DNA of 57,880 nucleotides from a virus (IMGVR_UViG_3300028043_000002:1-57880), one strand, 5' to 3'. Positions 37,712 through 47,563 are shown, counted from the stretch's first letter. Translations and numbers: made by a program. The notes: generated from the sequence alone by a model not told the origin.

Positions 37712-38854
37712 ATGGTAGACAAGATGTATGTGTCCATTCCTGACATGAAGAAGTTGTTCCCCATTATCTGGTCGGAAGGCCCCAGGAGAGTCACTATAAG
37801 ACTCGTAGGAGAAAGTGGCATTGGCAAAACCCAAGGCACGATCCAGTGTGCTGAGGAGTTGGGTTGCCCTTACATCCTCGTGAACGTCCCAGCTGAGATT
37901 CCGGAGCCTGCAGACCTTCAAGGTCAATGCCAAATTTACGAGGGAAAAACTGTTTACGTTCCCCCTTTCTGGGTGGTTGATGCCAACAACCTCGCAGAGA
38001 GCACGGACAGGCAGTATGTCATTCTCATTATCGACGAGCCTTCACGGGCACCGTTGCAGATCTTACAAGCTTTGATGCCTATGGCATTGGAGTACCGTGT
38101 AGGGTCTGCTCCTTTACATCCCAAGATAAGGCAGGTGTGGCTTGATAACCCCACAGAGAGTGCGCAATACAACGTGCGCTCTCTTGACTTCGCTCAAGAG
38201 GAGAGGGTGCAAACGTTCCATCTTCAGTACGACGAAGATGCATTCTTTGCACACGCCCTCGACACAATCAAGTTCCACCCGGAGCTCTTCACCTTCTTGA
38301 AGCAGTTTCCTGAGATGTTGTGGAACTTTGACAAGAAAATACAAGGCCCCCTTTCCCCCAGGACCGCAGAGTACGGCAGCCAAGCTTGCTATGCTCTCGA
38401 CAAGGCGAAGGTGTCTTTCGACAGTCACCTCGGGATCCTGAGGCTCAGTGCACGTCTGGGTATTGAGGTTACCCACACATTCGTTGCCAACCTGCGGGTG
38501 CAGAAGCATTGTATCCCGCCTCACGAGATCCTGGAGCGTACTTTCAGGAGGGAGAAGTTGAATGAAATTCTCGCTCCAGGCAACCACGATCTGTGTTGGA
38601 TGACACTGTGGAGGCTCGCAGCTGACATCTCGAGGAGGGAGAAACTGACGCGGACTCAGGTTGCTAACGTCAGGCTCTTCATCGAAGATAACCCCTCCGA
38701 TGAGATCAACTACGTGTTCCTTAAGACGATGCCAGCCAAGCACGGACACGAAATTTTGGACCCGAAGCTTCTCGCGCGCATCACGGACCGCATTAAAGAT
38801 CTGCCGCGCGACCACTACCTTACCAAGGCCAAAGAATTGAAGGAGGGAAAATGA
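37712..38854 (+). CDS. MoxR/AAA_5-like ATPase
   Basis: GESGIGKT, EPADLQG, PPFW, ILIIDEPSRA and SPRT motifs; paired with a DUF2201 gene. Confidence 0.85.
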   Translation: MVDKMYVSIPDMKKLFPIIWSEGPRRVTIRLVGESGIGKTQGTIQCAEELGCPYILVNVPAEIPEPADLQGQCQIYEGKTVYVPPFWVVDANNLAESTDRQYVILIIDEPSRAPLQILQALMPMALEYRVGSAPLHPKIRQVWLDNPTESAQYNVRSLDFAQEERVQTFHLQYDEDAFFAHALDTIKFHPELFTFLKQFPEMLWNFDKKIQGPLSPRTAEYGSQACYALDKAKVSFDSHLGILRLSARLGIEVTHTFVANLRVQKHCIPPHEILERTFRREKLNEILAPGNHDLCWMTLWRLAADISRREKLTRTQVANVRLFIEDNPSDEINYVFLKTMPAKHGHEILDPKLLARITDRIKDLPRDHYLTKAKELKEGK

Positions 38855-40095
38855 GCGACGTGTTTGGGGCTCTCCGACGATTGATTCTGAAACTTCTCGG
38901 TGAAAGTCCCTTCTATGGCCACGTCTTGGCGTGTACCATAAAAGAGGTCAGCACAGAAATTCCATTTGCTGCGGGGATGAGGGTCACTAAAGATAAATTG
39001 GTGATCATAGTTAATCCTCAACCCTTCTTCGAGTACAGTGCAACGGAGCAGCTGTGGGTATTACTCCACGAGCTACTCCACTTCCTTTTCAAACACCCCT
39101 GGCGGGGAAGTGCTATGTCCTCAAAGTTACCCGAAAACCCCACAGAGTGGACTACAATGCACCTTCGGCTGTTTGTGGAGAATGTTGGGTTTGATCTCGC
39201 GATTAATTCGTTCGCGAAGACCCACGTCCAATACTCTTCACCCAAGGGAGCACTTTCCCCTGACATGTTCGGATTTCCAGAACACAAGACAGCTGAATGG
39301 TATATTCACCACCTCACCAAAGCAGGGAAATGTCCCAAACATGGTATTTCCTTACTTGGTGGTGGAAAAGGGCAAGGAGAGTGTGGATGCGAGCACCCTA
39401 AAGCAGGAAAAGCTCTTAAGGACTTGGTGGGTTCCTACTTTGGGCATGAATGGACTATTGAGTGTGAACCGTCCCAGGCAAACGCTCTTGCAGCTAGGAT
39501 TTTTGCCAACGCGGTTAAAATTGTTGGTACGGAGCCTGCAGGAGCTTTGAGGGACGTTTACAAGGTTGAGGCTGTCGCCGACTTCCGCAACGTGCTCATG
39601 AGGCTTGCGCAGTCGTCAGAGCTGACCGACGAGCAGTACTTCCACAAACGCAGAATCTCTAGACGCTTCCATCGTCCTCCAGGTTCAAGGTATGAACCTG
39701 CCGGAGAGCTCCACGTCTTACAAGATACCTCTGGCTCAATGGGTCCCGAAGACATTGGTGCGTGTTACAGCGTCATAAACAAACTTTACAGGATGGGCTT
39801 CTCAATTTGGGTGTACGAGTTCGATGCTGCCTTCCAAGGACCTGAATACCTCTACCGTGGGACTCCCCCACAAGTTAAGGGAGGTGGAGGTACTAAGATG
39901 ATGTCCACCCTTGAGCACGTGCACAAAACTAGGCCCAACATAAAACAAGTTGTGGTCTTTACCGACGCTGGTATCTTCGACATCCCTGAAGAAATTCCCT
40001 TCGGATTCAAGAGTGTCGTCTTCTGCATCCCTGATTGGGTAGACGACGCTCTTCCTGATTGGATAACGGTGGTGAAGTACAAATCAGCTAGGTAG
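38851..40095 (+). CDS. DUF2201-type metallopeptidase-VWA protein
   Basis: HELLH..KH and D.AINS in the N-terminal domain; MIDAS DTSGSM, GGGGT and FTD in the VWA domain. Confidence 0.9.
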   Translation: MSDVFGALRRLILKLLGESPFYGHVLACTIKEVSTEIPFAAGMRVTKDKLVIIVNPQPFFEYSATEQLWVLLHELLHFLFKHPWRGSAMSSKLPENPTEWTTMHLRLFVENVGFDLAINSFAKTHVQYSSPKGALSPDMFGFPEHKTAEWYIHHLTKAGKCPKHGISLLGGGKGQGECGCEHPKAGKALKDLVGSYFGHEWTIECEPSQANALAARIFANAVKIVGTEPAGALRDVYKVEAVADFRNVLMRLAQSSELTDEQYFHKRRISRRFHRPPGSRYEPAGELHVLQDTSGSMGPEDIGACYSVINKLYRMGFSIWVYEFDAAFQGPEYLYRGTPPQVKGGGGTKMMSTLEHVHKTRPNIKQVVVFTDAGIFDIPEEIPFGFKSVVFCIPDWVDDALPDWITVVKYKSAR

Positions 40096-40109
40096 ATTGG
40101 AGGAGCAAA

Positions 40110-40532
40110 ATGACTCAAAGGGTCAAGTCTGAAACTAAGTTAACGTTCCGCTTCTATGTCCCAGCCTATGTGGAAATTGTTATGGCTGGTGAAGATCGTG
40201 TCTCTGCTGCTAAGAACCTCGCCTCAGATCTCGAGAGTGGCGCAGGTGTTCTTTATGTCCGGAAGATTTCCGACTTTACATTCCTCACTACCAACTCCGC
40301 AGATTGGCGTGCCGACTTGCAGTGGCGTTGCCCAGATTGTGGACTGCTCCAATGGTTTGGGTTAAATCAAAGGGACTGCTTTGGTTATTGTCCTTCGTGC
40401 AACCAGTCCTACGTCGTGGTTGAAGGTGTTGCTTTTCGCAACTACTCCAAAGGCTGTGGAATCTGTCCTAAGAAGTTAGAGTGCATGCTGATACCCCGCA
40501 TCGGACATACCGAGGTGGAATGTGAGCCATGA
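40110..40532 (+). CDS. Zn-ribbon protein with C-terminal CxxC-x5-C tag
   Basis: CPDC/CPSC plus CGICPKKLECML. Confidence 0.75.
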   Translation: MTQRVKSETKLTFRFYVPAYVEIVMAGEDRVSAAKNLASDLESGAGVLYVRKISDFTFLTTNSADWRADLQWRCPDCGLLQWFGLNQRDCFGYCPSCNQSYVVVEGVAFRNYSKGCGICPKKLECMLIPRIGHTEVECEP

Positions 40533-40873
40533 AACCTGGCAAGCCTTGTGACAAGTGTTACTTTAGGGTCGAGTGCCTTATTTATCCGCTCAATCAATGC
40601 TACCTTGAGTTAGGTAGCATTTCTCGTGTTGAGATTGTTAGGCGGATGGCAATCCTCATCTACGAGGAGTGGGTTGAGCGTGAACCAAATGAGCCTCTTC
40701 CCTTGATGCGTGTGGTAGGGTATATCCGCAGGTTCTTTGACAACTTCCGCAGCTTTCCCAGCCTATACTTTTTGGACTTCGCGATCGCTCACCGTTTTGT
40801 GGTGGCGTGTTTGCCTAAATTGTTCATCTTCACTAAAGTCAAAGGAGTGACCTATATTAGCAAAATCGCTTAA
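40529..40873 (+). CDS. Small protein with N-terminal CxxC-x5-C tag
   Basis: CDKCYFRVECLI. Confidence 0.75.
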   Translation: MKPGKPCDKCYFRVECLIYPLNQCYLELGSISRVEIVRRMAILIYEEWVEREPNEPLPLMRVVGYIRRFFDNFRSFPSLYFLDFAIAHRFVVACLPKLFIFTKVKGVTYISKIA

Positions 40874-40884
40874 AGGAGGAGCCC

Positions 40885-41463
40885 ATGACAACCGTTTGTG
40901 TGGAGTGCGACAAGGAAGTCTCTAGTAACTTAGACCTTTGTCCACGGTGTGAAAGCACCCTCTTGTTAACCGAGAAACTGTGCGACGACTTTTTCGCAAC
41001 ACTTAACCTTTCTTTCACGCAACCTTCTTCAGTCCCCAGATATCCCATCACCAAAATTTCCTCGTCGGAAATAAAGATCCCGATATGGCCTGAAGAGTTG
41101 CGCCGCATCTTGGGTCTTGACCGACAATGGAACCACGCCCCTTTGAACAGGAGTGAGTACATTTCGACAGTTCATGCGATATGCATTGACAAAAAGGTTG
41201 GCTTGTGGAATGCTTTGTGCATTGTCGTTTACCTTTATAAGAAGGAGTGGAGTGCCCATAGATATTGGGATGATGGGGATGCTGAGAGTGGGCGTTCTCG
41301 GGGTTGGAAGTTGGATATCTTTAATCCCATTGACTACATGGAGGTTGCCATGGTAGGCTTTAAGGTGTGGGTGAACACCATGAAGGGGAGAGGACTAACC
41401 CGTAAAAACTTAGTAACCCAAGCTGAAGGCATGGTCAATGAAACTCTAAAGACACTTTCATAA
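40885..41463 (+). CDS. Protein with N-terminal Zn ribbon
   Basis: CVEC...CPRC; AAGGAGG RBS. Confidence 0.75.
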   Translation: MTTVCVECDKEVSSNLDLCPRCESTLLLTEKLCDDFFATLNLSFTQPSSVPRYPITKISSSEIKIPIWPEELRRILGLDRQWNHAPLNRSEYISTVHAICIDKKVGLWNALCIVVYLYKKEWSAHRYWDDGDAESGRSRGWKLDIFNPIDYMEVAMVGFKVWVNTMKGRGLTRKNLVTQAEGMVNETLKTLS

Positions 41464-41471
41464 GGTGGAAC

Positions 41472-41744
41472 ATGAATGAAGTCTACGAGGCCCTCGAACA
41501 CGCGGGTGTTTTCTGGATCACTGTAAGATGTCCTAACTGTAAAAATTTTCAGGCCACCCCCGATAAAACGATTTCCCCAAAGGGTGAACGTTGCTATGGC
41601 AGCTGGTGCTTGGTATGCGATACTTTCTACGTGTATCCCGAAGGAGGTGTGTGTGGGTCTTGCTGCAGTCGGGTTGACTGTTTACTCTTTGTAAGAGCAA
41701 ACGAAGCTAGACCTTTACGAAGACCCTCGAAAGGAGAATCATGA
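41472..41744 (+). CDS. Zn-ribbon protein with C-terminal CxxC-x5-C tag
   Basis: CPNC/CLVC plus CGSCCSRVDCLL. Confidence 0.75.
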   Translation: MNEVYEALEHAGVFWITVRCPNCKNFQATPDKTISPKGERCYGSWCLVCDTFYVYPEGGVCGSCCSRVDCLLFVRANEARPLRRPSKGES

Positions 41745-42208
41745 CCCCTAAACAAATGTCCAAGTTGTGTGATGATTGTGGGAAGCGGATTGACTGCATC
41801 GTTTCCCGAAAGTGCCTTTTACCGTGGCAAAGGACTTGGGTGTGGAGGTATCTAGAGAGTGGCAGGTTCTCCATTTTAGAGGAGTCCCTTGCCCATCAAA
41901 CCCTCGAACATCTTAGTCAAGGTAAAGCTCAGTGGGGAGATATTGTAGGAGGCCGCCCATCCGCAATGTACGTGGCACAACTTTTGGTAACGGGCCTAAT
42001 TGAGAAGAGGCCCCCGGTTGTGCGGGAGTGGGGTTTTTACTTTATAACGAAGCTTGGTAGGGAGGCGTTGGCAAGGCTTGGACCACTTAAACCTCCCGAA
42101 TTTTTCATAGATCTTTGTCCCCCCTGCAAGTTCCGCCGCAAGCGAGTTAAGGTTAATGTGTGCACCTCACGGTATTGGGCAGATCACTTTAAACGCGTTT
42201 ACTGGTGA
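41741..42208 (+). CDS. Protein with N-terminal CxxC-x5-C tag and wHTH-like segment
   Basis: CDDCGKRIDCIV; L...GLIE...Y.IT..G..AL. Confidence 0.75.
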   Translation: MTPKQMSKLCDDCGKRIDCIVSRKCLLPWQRTWVWRYLESGRFSILEESLAHQTLEHLSQGKAQWGDIVGGRPSAMYVAQLLVTGLIEKRPPVVREWGFYFITKLGREALARLGPLKPPEFFIDLCPPCKFRRKRVKVNVCTSRYWADHFKRVYW

Positions 42209-42462
42209 GGAGGAATAAAATGAAGATTCATTGGCCATGGAAAAACCCTGGATGTTGGGGATTGACGTTTAAGCAGGGGCTTTACATTGACTTCTTTCGG
42301 CGCCCTTACTGGGGCATCTTCATCTTCAACCCTAACAGAAGGGCAGGAGCTTGGTCATGTAGGTGGTGCAAAGACAGAGTTACCTGCTTAGTAAAAGAGC
42401 GATGTCGATATCAGAGAACCTGGATTATAATCTCTAAACTAAAGGTGGTTGTAAAATGTTAA
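42205..42462 (+). CDS. Small protein with CxxC-x5-C tag
   Basis: CRWCKDRVTCLV. Confidence 0.7.
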   Translation: MRRNKMKIHWPWKNPGCWGLTFKQGLYIDFFRRPYWGIFIFNPNRRAGAWSCRWCKDRVTCLVKERCRYQRTWIIISKLKVVVKC

Positions 42463-42770
42463 AGTCGCTGCCTAACCTAACTTATTGTGAAAAGTGTTTA
42501 CGGCGTGTTGACTGCACAATTTCCCCTGAATGTGTTATTGTGAGGGAGTTATTGGAGTTTACGATTGAAAATCTCAGCTACTCAATTGAAAATGCTTGGG
42601 AGCTAACCCACGATGAGTGGAAAGACTCGGTAAGTGATTATGAGGGGGATTACCTTGCCTTACAAATTCTCTTTGACCAGTTTGGCGTTTCTTCCCTGGG
42701 TAAGGAAATCGAGGAGTTCCGAGGGCATCTAGATTGGCTCAAACAAAGAGATTCTGATGATGGAGGGTAG
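42456..42770 (+). CDS. Small acidic protein with N-terminal CxxC-x5-C tag
   Basis: CEKCLRRVDCTI. Confidence 0.75.
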   Translation: MLKSLPNLTYCEKCLRRVDCTISPECVIVRELLEFTIENLSYSIENAWELTHDEWKDSVSDYEGDYLALQILFDQFGVSSLGKEIEEFRGHLDWLKQRDSDDGG

Positions 42771-42776
42771 GAGGGA

Positions 42777-43016
42777 GTGATGAAAAAAGCTTGCAAGAAA
42801 TGTGAACAACGAATTGACTGTATTGTTGCTACTGACGTTCAGGTTTTGACGGTTCTCGTGGATGTATTTCATGATCTTGATCAAATCGACCACGCAGACT
42901 TCCGTTTCAGAAGTTGTGTTGGTGAGGTGGACAAGGTGTTAGACGGGATGTGGAGAACTCTCATTTCTTACTTTACTAAGGTCAACGAAAAATATGAGAG
43001 GAGGACTGACCTATGA
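42777..43016 (+). CDS. Small protein with N-terminal CxxC-x5-C tag
   Basis: CKKCEQRIDCIV. Confidence 0.75.
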   Translation: MMKKACKKCEQRIDCIVATDVQVLTVLVDVFHDLDQIDHADFRFRSCVGEVDKVLDGMWRTLISYFTKVNEKYERRTDL

Positions 43017-43393
43017 CCAAGAAGAAGAAAGTTTCACCCCCCACCGAAGTTACCTTGCTTGACAAGGTTGTTGGCTACAAAAGCCAACGCGGTAGAAAAC
43101 CCTCAGACCCATCCTCTGTGATGGCTAGGTTTCGGCAAAAGCTCCAAGAGATTCTCGTTGATGCCGTCTCGCGGCAGGTATATGAAGTTCCAGTAAAGGC
43201 AATTGCTGGAATTTTAAGCCGCGAAGGCTTCTTTGATGGCGTTGCACCAGAGAAACGGTATCGTCGGAGTTACAACTACGTTGATCAATCTTATGACCAC
43301 CTTCCTCAAGGGTGGGAGGTAAAGAGAACTGGCATGGGGATTAAACTGGTATACACTGACCCGAATTTTGAGAACTTGCAGACCGAAGAATAA
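43013..43393 (+). CDS. YxRSYxY-family protein, paralog 1
   Basis: SVMARFRQKL...RYRRSYNY shared with 48296 and 50951. Confidence 0.75.
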   Translation: MTKKKKVSPPTEVTLLDKVVGYKSQRGRKPSDPSSVMARFRQKLQEILVDAVSRQVYEVPVKAIAGILSREGFFDGVAPEKRYRRSYNYVDQSYDHLPQGWEVKRTGMGIKLVYTDPNFENLQTEE

Positions 43394-43408
43394 TAAAGGA
43401 GGTTCAAG

Positions 43409-43705
43409 ATGAGTAAACTAATGGATCAAATGGTTGTTAAGGAATGGTTTCAGGGAGCTTTTCATGGAGACTGTGAGCTACCCGTGACGGTCGAGATGGG
43501 TGTAGGGGAAGATGATCCATTCCTCTACTTGACAATAACGATTGACGAAGTTTCCAACCTTGAACTCTGCCTTGAAATTGGTGTTAGTCCCACCCGGGTT
43601 GGGGTTGAAGATGAAACTTATGACTCCTTCGTTCAACGCTTACAAAAGATCGTTGACGCCGTAAAACAAAACGCAATTAACTTTGTTAAGCAAAGAGGGT
43701 ATTAA
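43409..43705 (+). CDS. Acidic hypothetical protein
   Basis: AAGGAGG RBS. Confidence 0.7.
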   Translation: MSKLMDQMVVKEWFQGAFHGDCELPVTVEMGVGEDDPFLYLTITIDEVSNLELCLEIGVSPTRVGVEDETYDSFVQRLQKIVDAVKQNAINFVKQRGY

Positions 43706-43737
43706 GTACCCCCTTTGATTAAAGGAGGAACCAAAAA

Positions 43738-44028
43738 ATGCCTATGTGGATCCATGAGTATGTGGTAGAGGGGAAATACAACTTTCCGATCGACATGTTG
43801 AGGTACGATGGTTCTTATCCTGCTGACCAAGAGTCGGTCAGTCAAATTGGTCTGGCTGGTGACTTTAGGTATGCCAAGGTCTATGAGGAGGAACACGGTG
43901 CTAGCCCAGTCTTCAAAGTCCGCCTGAAACACATTACCGACTCTAAGCAGTGGGCCCCTACAGAAGGCAGGTGGAACTCGTTCGGCTGGAAGATCAAAGT
44001 AGGTAGTCTCGCCGCCAGAAAATATTAA
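43738..44028 (+). CDS. Conserved-looking phage hypothetical protein
   Basis: FPIDMLRYD...PT..RW.SFGW pattern; RBS. Confidence 0.75.
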   Translation: MPMWIHEYVVEGKYNFPIDMLRYDGSYPADQESVSQIGLAGDFRYAKVYEEEHGASPVFKVRLKHITDSKQWAPTEGRWNSFGWKIKVGSLAARKY

Positions 44029-44056
44029 AAGTCCCATCCAAAAAAGGAGGAGCCAC

Positions 44057-44269
44057 ATGTCACTACTTTGCGTGGAGTGTACTGCGAGGGAGGCCCATCT
44101 GATGGAGCATGTTTCAAAGAGGAGGTTGTGTTGGAGCTGTTTTCGAACAGCTGGAAAACCTCCAGCAACTATCATCCGCATCCCCCAGGTTTTCTCCGAC
44201 ATGGAAGAACCATCGTTCGTGGTGTCCGTCATTCCAGAGGGGATTAACATCAGGTTTGAACCGAAGTAA
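44057..44269 (+). CDS. Zn-finger protein
   Basis: CVEC...LCWSC; RBS. Confidence 0.7.
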   Translation: MSLLCVECTAREAHLMEHVSKRRLCWSCFRTAGKPPATIIRIPQVFSDMEEPSFVVSVIPEGINIRFEPK

Positions 44270-44280
44270 GGAGGCAGCAA

Positions 44281-44592
44281 ATGGCTGGCGTGGCAATTGT
44301 CCTTTTCTTTGATCGGGTGAGGTTTGAAAATCCCCGGGGGCGCGCTCCAAGGGAGATCAAAGATTTCATGGAGGCCTTTGTTAAGACCGTTGTAGAGCCC
44401 GCATTTAAGGAGGAGTTCGGTGAGGCCTTTGACTATGCGATGGTGGATGCCAGATACGATAGCGACCCTTGGGACGTTGACCTTCCCAACGAATGTGATA
44501 AGTTGAGGGAGATCTATGCCGAAGAGTACGTCAAGTGCGAAAACTGCATCCACCGGATCGATTGCATTGTCAGCCCCCACCGGTCTAAATGA
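44281..44592 (+). CDS. Small protein with C-terminal CxxC-x5-C tag
   Basis: CENCIHRIDCIV. Confidence 0.75.
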   Translation: MAGVAIVLFFDRVRFENPRGRAPREIKDFMEAFVKTVVEPAFKEEFGEAFDYAMVDARYDSDPWDVDLPNECDKLREIYAEEYVKCENCIHRIDCIVSPHRSK

Positions 44593-44613
44593 AAAAGGAA
44601 GGAGGTAGTTGGG

Positions 44614-44913
44614 GTGGAAATTCTAACTTGTCGAACCTGTGGAAAGGAGTTTGATCTGGATGCTAAACGAAAAATCATTAAAGCCGGTTATCGCGACCAA
44701 TGTGCATCTTGTTCTACAGCTTCTGGTGATCACCGACAGAAGTACCTTGGACGCCCTGGAGCAACTAATAAGGGCTCCAACATATCAATTTTCCGGACCT
44801 CACTCGACTTCGTCCGCCATGTACTACGTCTCGAGAACCGTCGCGGACGTACGGCTAATCTCGATTTCAAAAGCGTAGTTAAAGCTTCCGAGAAGGAGGA
44901 TGAACTGAAATGA
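44614..44913 (+). CDS. Zn-finger protein
   Basis: CRTC...CASC. Confidence 0.7.
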   Translation: MEILTCRTCGKEFDLDAKRKIIKAGYRDQCASCSTASGDHRQKYLGRPGATNKGSNISIFRTSLDFVRHVLRLENRRGRTANLDFKSVVKASEKEDELK

Positions 44914-45116
44914 TGAACCTAGTGGAAGTCCTCGCAAAGCAGCGTGTCAAGGAAGGACTGTGCGTCATTTGTGGCAAAGAGCCTTTCAAGGTGACAGCTA
45001 AGTGTGAAGAGGACACTTTTACCTTTTGCTTTACGTGCTGGGAGCTCCTCCGCGAGGAGCTTCGCAGACGTGGGGTGAGTGACGACGATTTTAAAGATAT
45101 TAAATTGTTGCAATAA
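44910..45116 (+). CDS. Zn-finger protein
   Basis: CVIC...CFTC. Confidence 0.7.
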   Translation: MMNLVEVLAKQRVKEGLCVICGKEPFKVTAKCEEDTFTFCFTCWELLREELRRRGVSDDDFKDIKLLQ

Positions 45117-45141
45117 AAGAGGAAAAGGAGGATGAGCTGAA

Positions 45142-45579
45142 ATGAAAAGACTTGCGTTCGAAGTACAGGTGTCCCGCACCTTTACAATCAAAGGTGGTGA
45201 CTACTGCGAGAATTGGGAGGCGTTTAAGAGGGAGCTCGGTCTCCTACATGACAATGGAAGGTGGGAAATACCCTCAAAGTTTGATAGGGGCCGCACTCCA
45301 GAGGGCCTCTTTGCCGACGAAGCTATCTCTGAACACGTCGAGCTTCGAGAGTTTACCCGACACCTTGGATGGGAGATCTATGCTGCTCATGAAGAGTGCC
45401 CCAATTGTTTTTGTGATGATACTTTTTATTTCTCTCTTACCCAAGATGGAACAGGGAATCTTGATCCCCTGGCGAAGTGTGGTAATTGTGGCCTCGAGAA
45501 ACTTTTTTGCAATTTAACCCCAGGCTCGTCGGCTAGGTGTGTCGCGTGCCTACACCGAGTTCGATGCATAGTGAAATAA
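45142..45579 (+). CDS. Zn-ribbon protein with C-terminal CxxC-x5-C tag
   Basis: CPNC/CGNC plus CVACLHRVRCIV. Confidence 0.75.
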   Translation: MKRLAFEVQVSRTFTIKGGDYCENWEAFKRELGLLHDNGRWEIPSKFDRGRTPEGLFADEAISEHVELREFTRHLGWEIYAAHEECPNCFCDDTFYFSLTQDGTGNLDPLAKCGNCGLEKLFCNLTPGSSARCVACLHRVRCIVK

Positions 45580-45591
45580 AGAGGAGGATGA

Positions 45592-46077
45592 ATGACTAAA
45601 ACCCTTGATGTAGGTTGTGGTTGGGAGGATGAGCTTTGGTTTCCAGGAGCTGATCTTTGTGATGGAGTCTTTTCGGAGCTTATCGAACCTATCGACACTA
45701 AAGGCCGGACTGTCTATCCCCAATATATTGACCACAGGAATCCGAGACTTCCCGTCGAGGATGGGACATACGATCTCATTTGGTGTGGATCAATGTGGGA
45801 GGGGATAGTTGATGAAGGTGATAAGGTAATTCTCGAAAAGGAGTTCTATCGCCTTCTCAAGCTCGGGGGACGCCTACTTCTTCGTGATACATTTTTCATC
45901 GAAGCTGGAACTCCTGAATGGGATCTTGATGTAAAAAGGGGGATCGTGCAAAGGGAAATGTCACACTTCCCCGAAGAGAGATGGCATGGAATGTCATACT
46001 TTGATGTTGATGTTGAAGTAGATGGAGCTGGTAAATGCGTCTACTTTTTCTTACACCTTGAGAAACGAGGAGGATGA
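45592..46077 (+). CDS. Class I SAM-dependent methyltransferase-like protein
   Basis: LDVGCG, LPVEDGTYDLI and EFYRLLKLGGRL motifs. Confidence 0.75.
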   Translation: MTKTLDVGCGWEDELWFPGADLCDGVFSELIEPIDTKGRTVYPQYIDHRNPRLPVEDGTYDLIWCGSMWEGIVDEGDKVILEKEFYRLLKLGGRLLLRDTFFIEAGTPEWDLDVKRGIVQREMSHFPEERWHGMSYFDVDVEVDGAGKCVYFFLHLEKRGG

Positions 46078-47033
46078 AAATGATTTTGGAGGTGGGGTGT
46101 GGTTTCGACTGCGGGGTTCAAAGCGATGTTTCGGTCGACAATGGAAGAGATTGGGACGGCAACTTTGATTTAATGATTCAGCAATTGAGGGAGGTAGAAT
46201 GTGACCTTTCAAAGCTTGTGATAGCTGATGTCAATAAACTTCCTTTCAAAGACCGGGTTTTTGATAAGGTTACCTCAAGTCGCTTTATTGGTCGAAACCC
46301 CAGAGCCGGAGCCTGGAAAGAGTTAAACAGGGTTCTTAAAGAGGGGGCGACGATCGAAGTGTTCTCGGCTCATAATGATGTGATCTTTCATCCTAATCGA
46401 CTAATCGGAATGTTAAAATACTTTCCTACGTTTCACTCCGAAGTCATCTATTTGCCTTCTAAGCAAGACTACAAACAGGGGGATCTAATTATGTTCGATT
46501 TGGTTTTATATAAAGAAAAGAAGTGGATCGATCCCCACATCGAAAATCCCGAAGCAATTAGAACTGCAATTCCTTATCAAGGAATTGTTGACATCCCTGA
46601 AGGTTTGTTGGATACAACCATTATTACTACGCCTCTATCTGAAGAGGGTTCCCATTTAACCTTTTATGGGGGGGTTTCACCTGCAACCATTGAAGCCGCT
46701 ATCGGTTCAAACCTTACGTGGGCCTGGATGGGAATTGCTCATGAAATTGGACATTTAATGCTTGAACAGATTGGGATCCAACCTCCTCCCCACGAACCTT
46801 TAATTCAAGTTTCAGAGTTGACCTGGATTGAGCCTCACCTCGATAAAGCGCGGGCAAGGCAGCTCCAAATTAATGAAGCTCTTGCTTGGGCTGTTGCAGC
46901 TAAGATTTATAAGGCAGCAGATTGGGACTGGAGGCGTGCCCAGGAGATGATAAAAACATATCACTGTGAAGATCCTGATGAGTATTACAGGGTGGCATTA
47001 AGAAGCTTGCTCCCTGAGGCCTTTAATAAATAA
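46074..47033 (+). CDS. Methyltransferase fused to a HEXXH metallopeptidase-like domain
   Basis: LEVGCG, ADVNKLPFKDRVFD and ELNRVLKEG motifs; C-terminal AHEIGH...EALAW. Confidence 0.75.
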   Translation: MKMILEVGCGFDCGVQSDVSVDNGRDWDGNFDLMIQQLREVECDLSKLVIADVNKLPFKDRVFDKVTSSRFIGRNPRAGAWKELNRVLKEGATIEVFSAHNDVIFHPNRLIGMLKYFPTFHSEVIYLPSKQDYKQGDLIMFDLVLYKEKKWIDPHIENPEAIRTAIPYQGIVDIPEGLLDTTIITTPLSEEGSHLTFYGGVSPATIEAAIGSNLTWAWMGIAHEIGHLMLEQIGIQPPPHEPLIQVSELTWIEPHLDKARARQLQINEALAWAVAAKIYKAADWDWRRAQEMIKTYHCEDPDEYYRVALRSLLPEAFNK

Positions 47034-47048
47034 GGAGGATGAACTGAA

Positions 47049-47327
47049 ATGGAAGAAATAGGGACTGAGTACTGTGAAATTTGTAGGAAGTTTGGAGAGG
47101 AAATTGATAACCCCATCACCATGGAAGTCCAGCACCTCGGAGATGGGAACATCCAGATCTATCTTGGGGGGTTACACATTCATGTAGGAAATCAAAAAGT
47201 AATGCTCGACCCATGTTGTGTGTGGGTAAACAATGTTAAACCATTTTATGAAGCTTTCAAGAGTTTCTTACCAGTCCAAGAGCTGAATGATTATGAGCAG
47301 CGCTTGGCTCAACTAACATCGCAGTAG
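47049..47327 (+). CDS. Hypothetical protein
   Basis: AAGGAGG RBS. Confidence 0.65.
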   Translation: MEEIGTEYCEICRKFGEEIDNPITMEVQHLGDGNIQIYLGGLHIHVGNQKVMLDPCCVWVNNVKPFYEAFKSFLPVQELNDYEQRLAQLTSQ

Positions 47328-47335
47328 GAGGGAAA

Positions 47336-47554
47336 GTGACAATTCATGATGCTTTACGTGCAGTGGTGGCTGAAGCCCCAACCCACAAGGGCTTCATAGG
47401 TTATGCTAAGGCTTATGCATTACGGGCGTTGACTGACCGTATGGAGGGCGAAGCCTTAGAAAGAAACATTTTGTACATCCTTGGCAACTTGGCAGCGTGG
47501 CGCGGTGGGCGAGCCAGAGAAGTGAAGAAAGTTTTAAAATCTTTCAAACCTTAA
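47336..47554 (+). CDS. Conserved-looking small phage protein
   Basis: YA.AYA...ILYIL.NL..WRG..ARE.K..LK pattern. Confidence 0.7.
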   Translation: MTIHDALRAVVAEAPTHKGFIGYAKAYALRALTDRMEGEALERNILYILGNLAAWRGGRAREVKKVLKSFKP

Positions 47555-47563
47555 GGAGGTGTC

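Noticed and set aside
43702-44580. 292-aa minus-strand ORF
   Set aside because: It overlaps three plus-strand genes with strong RBSs.
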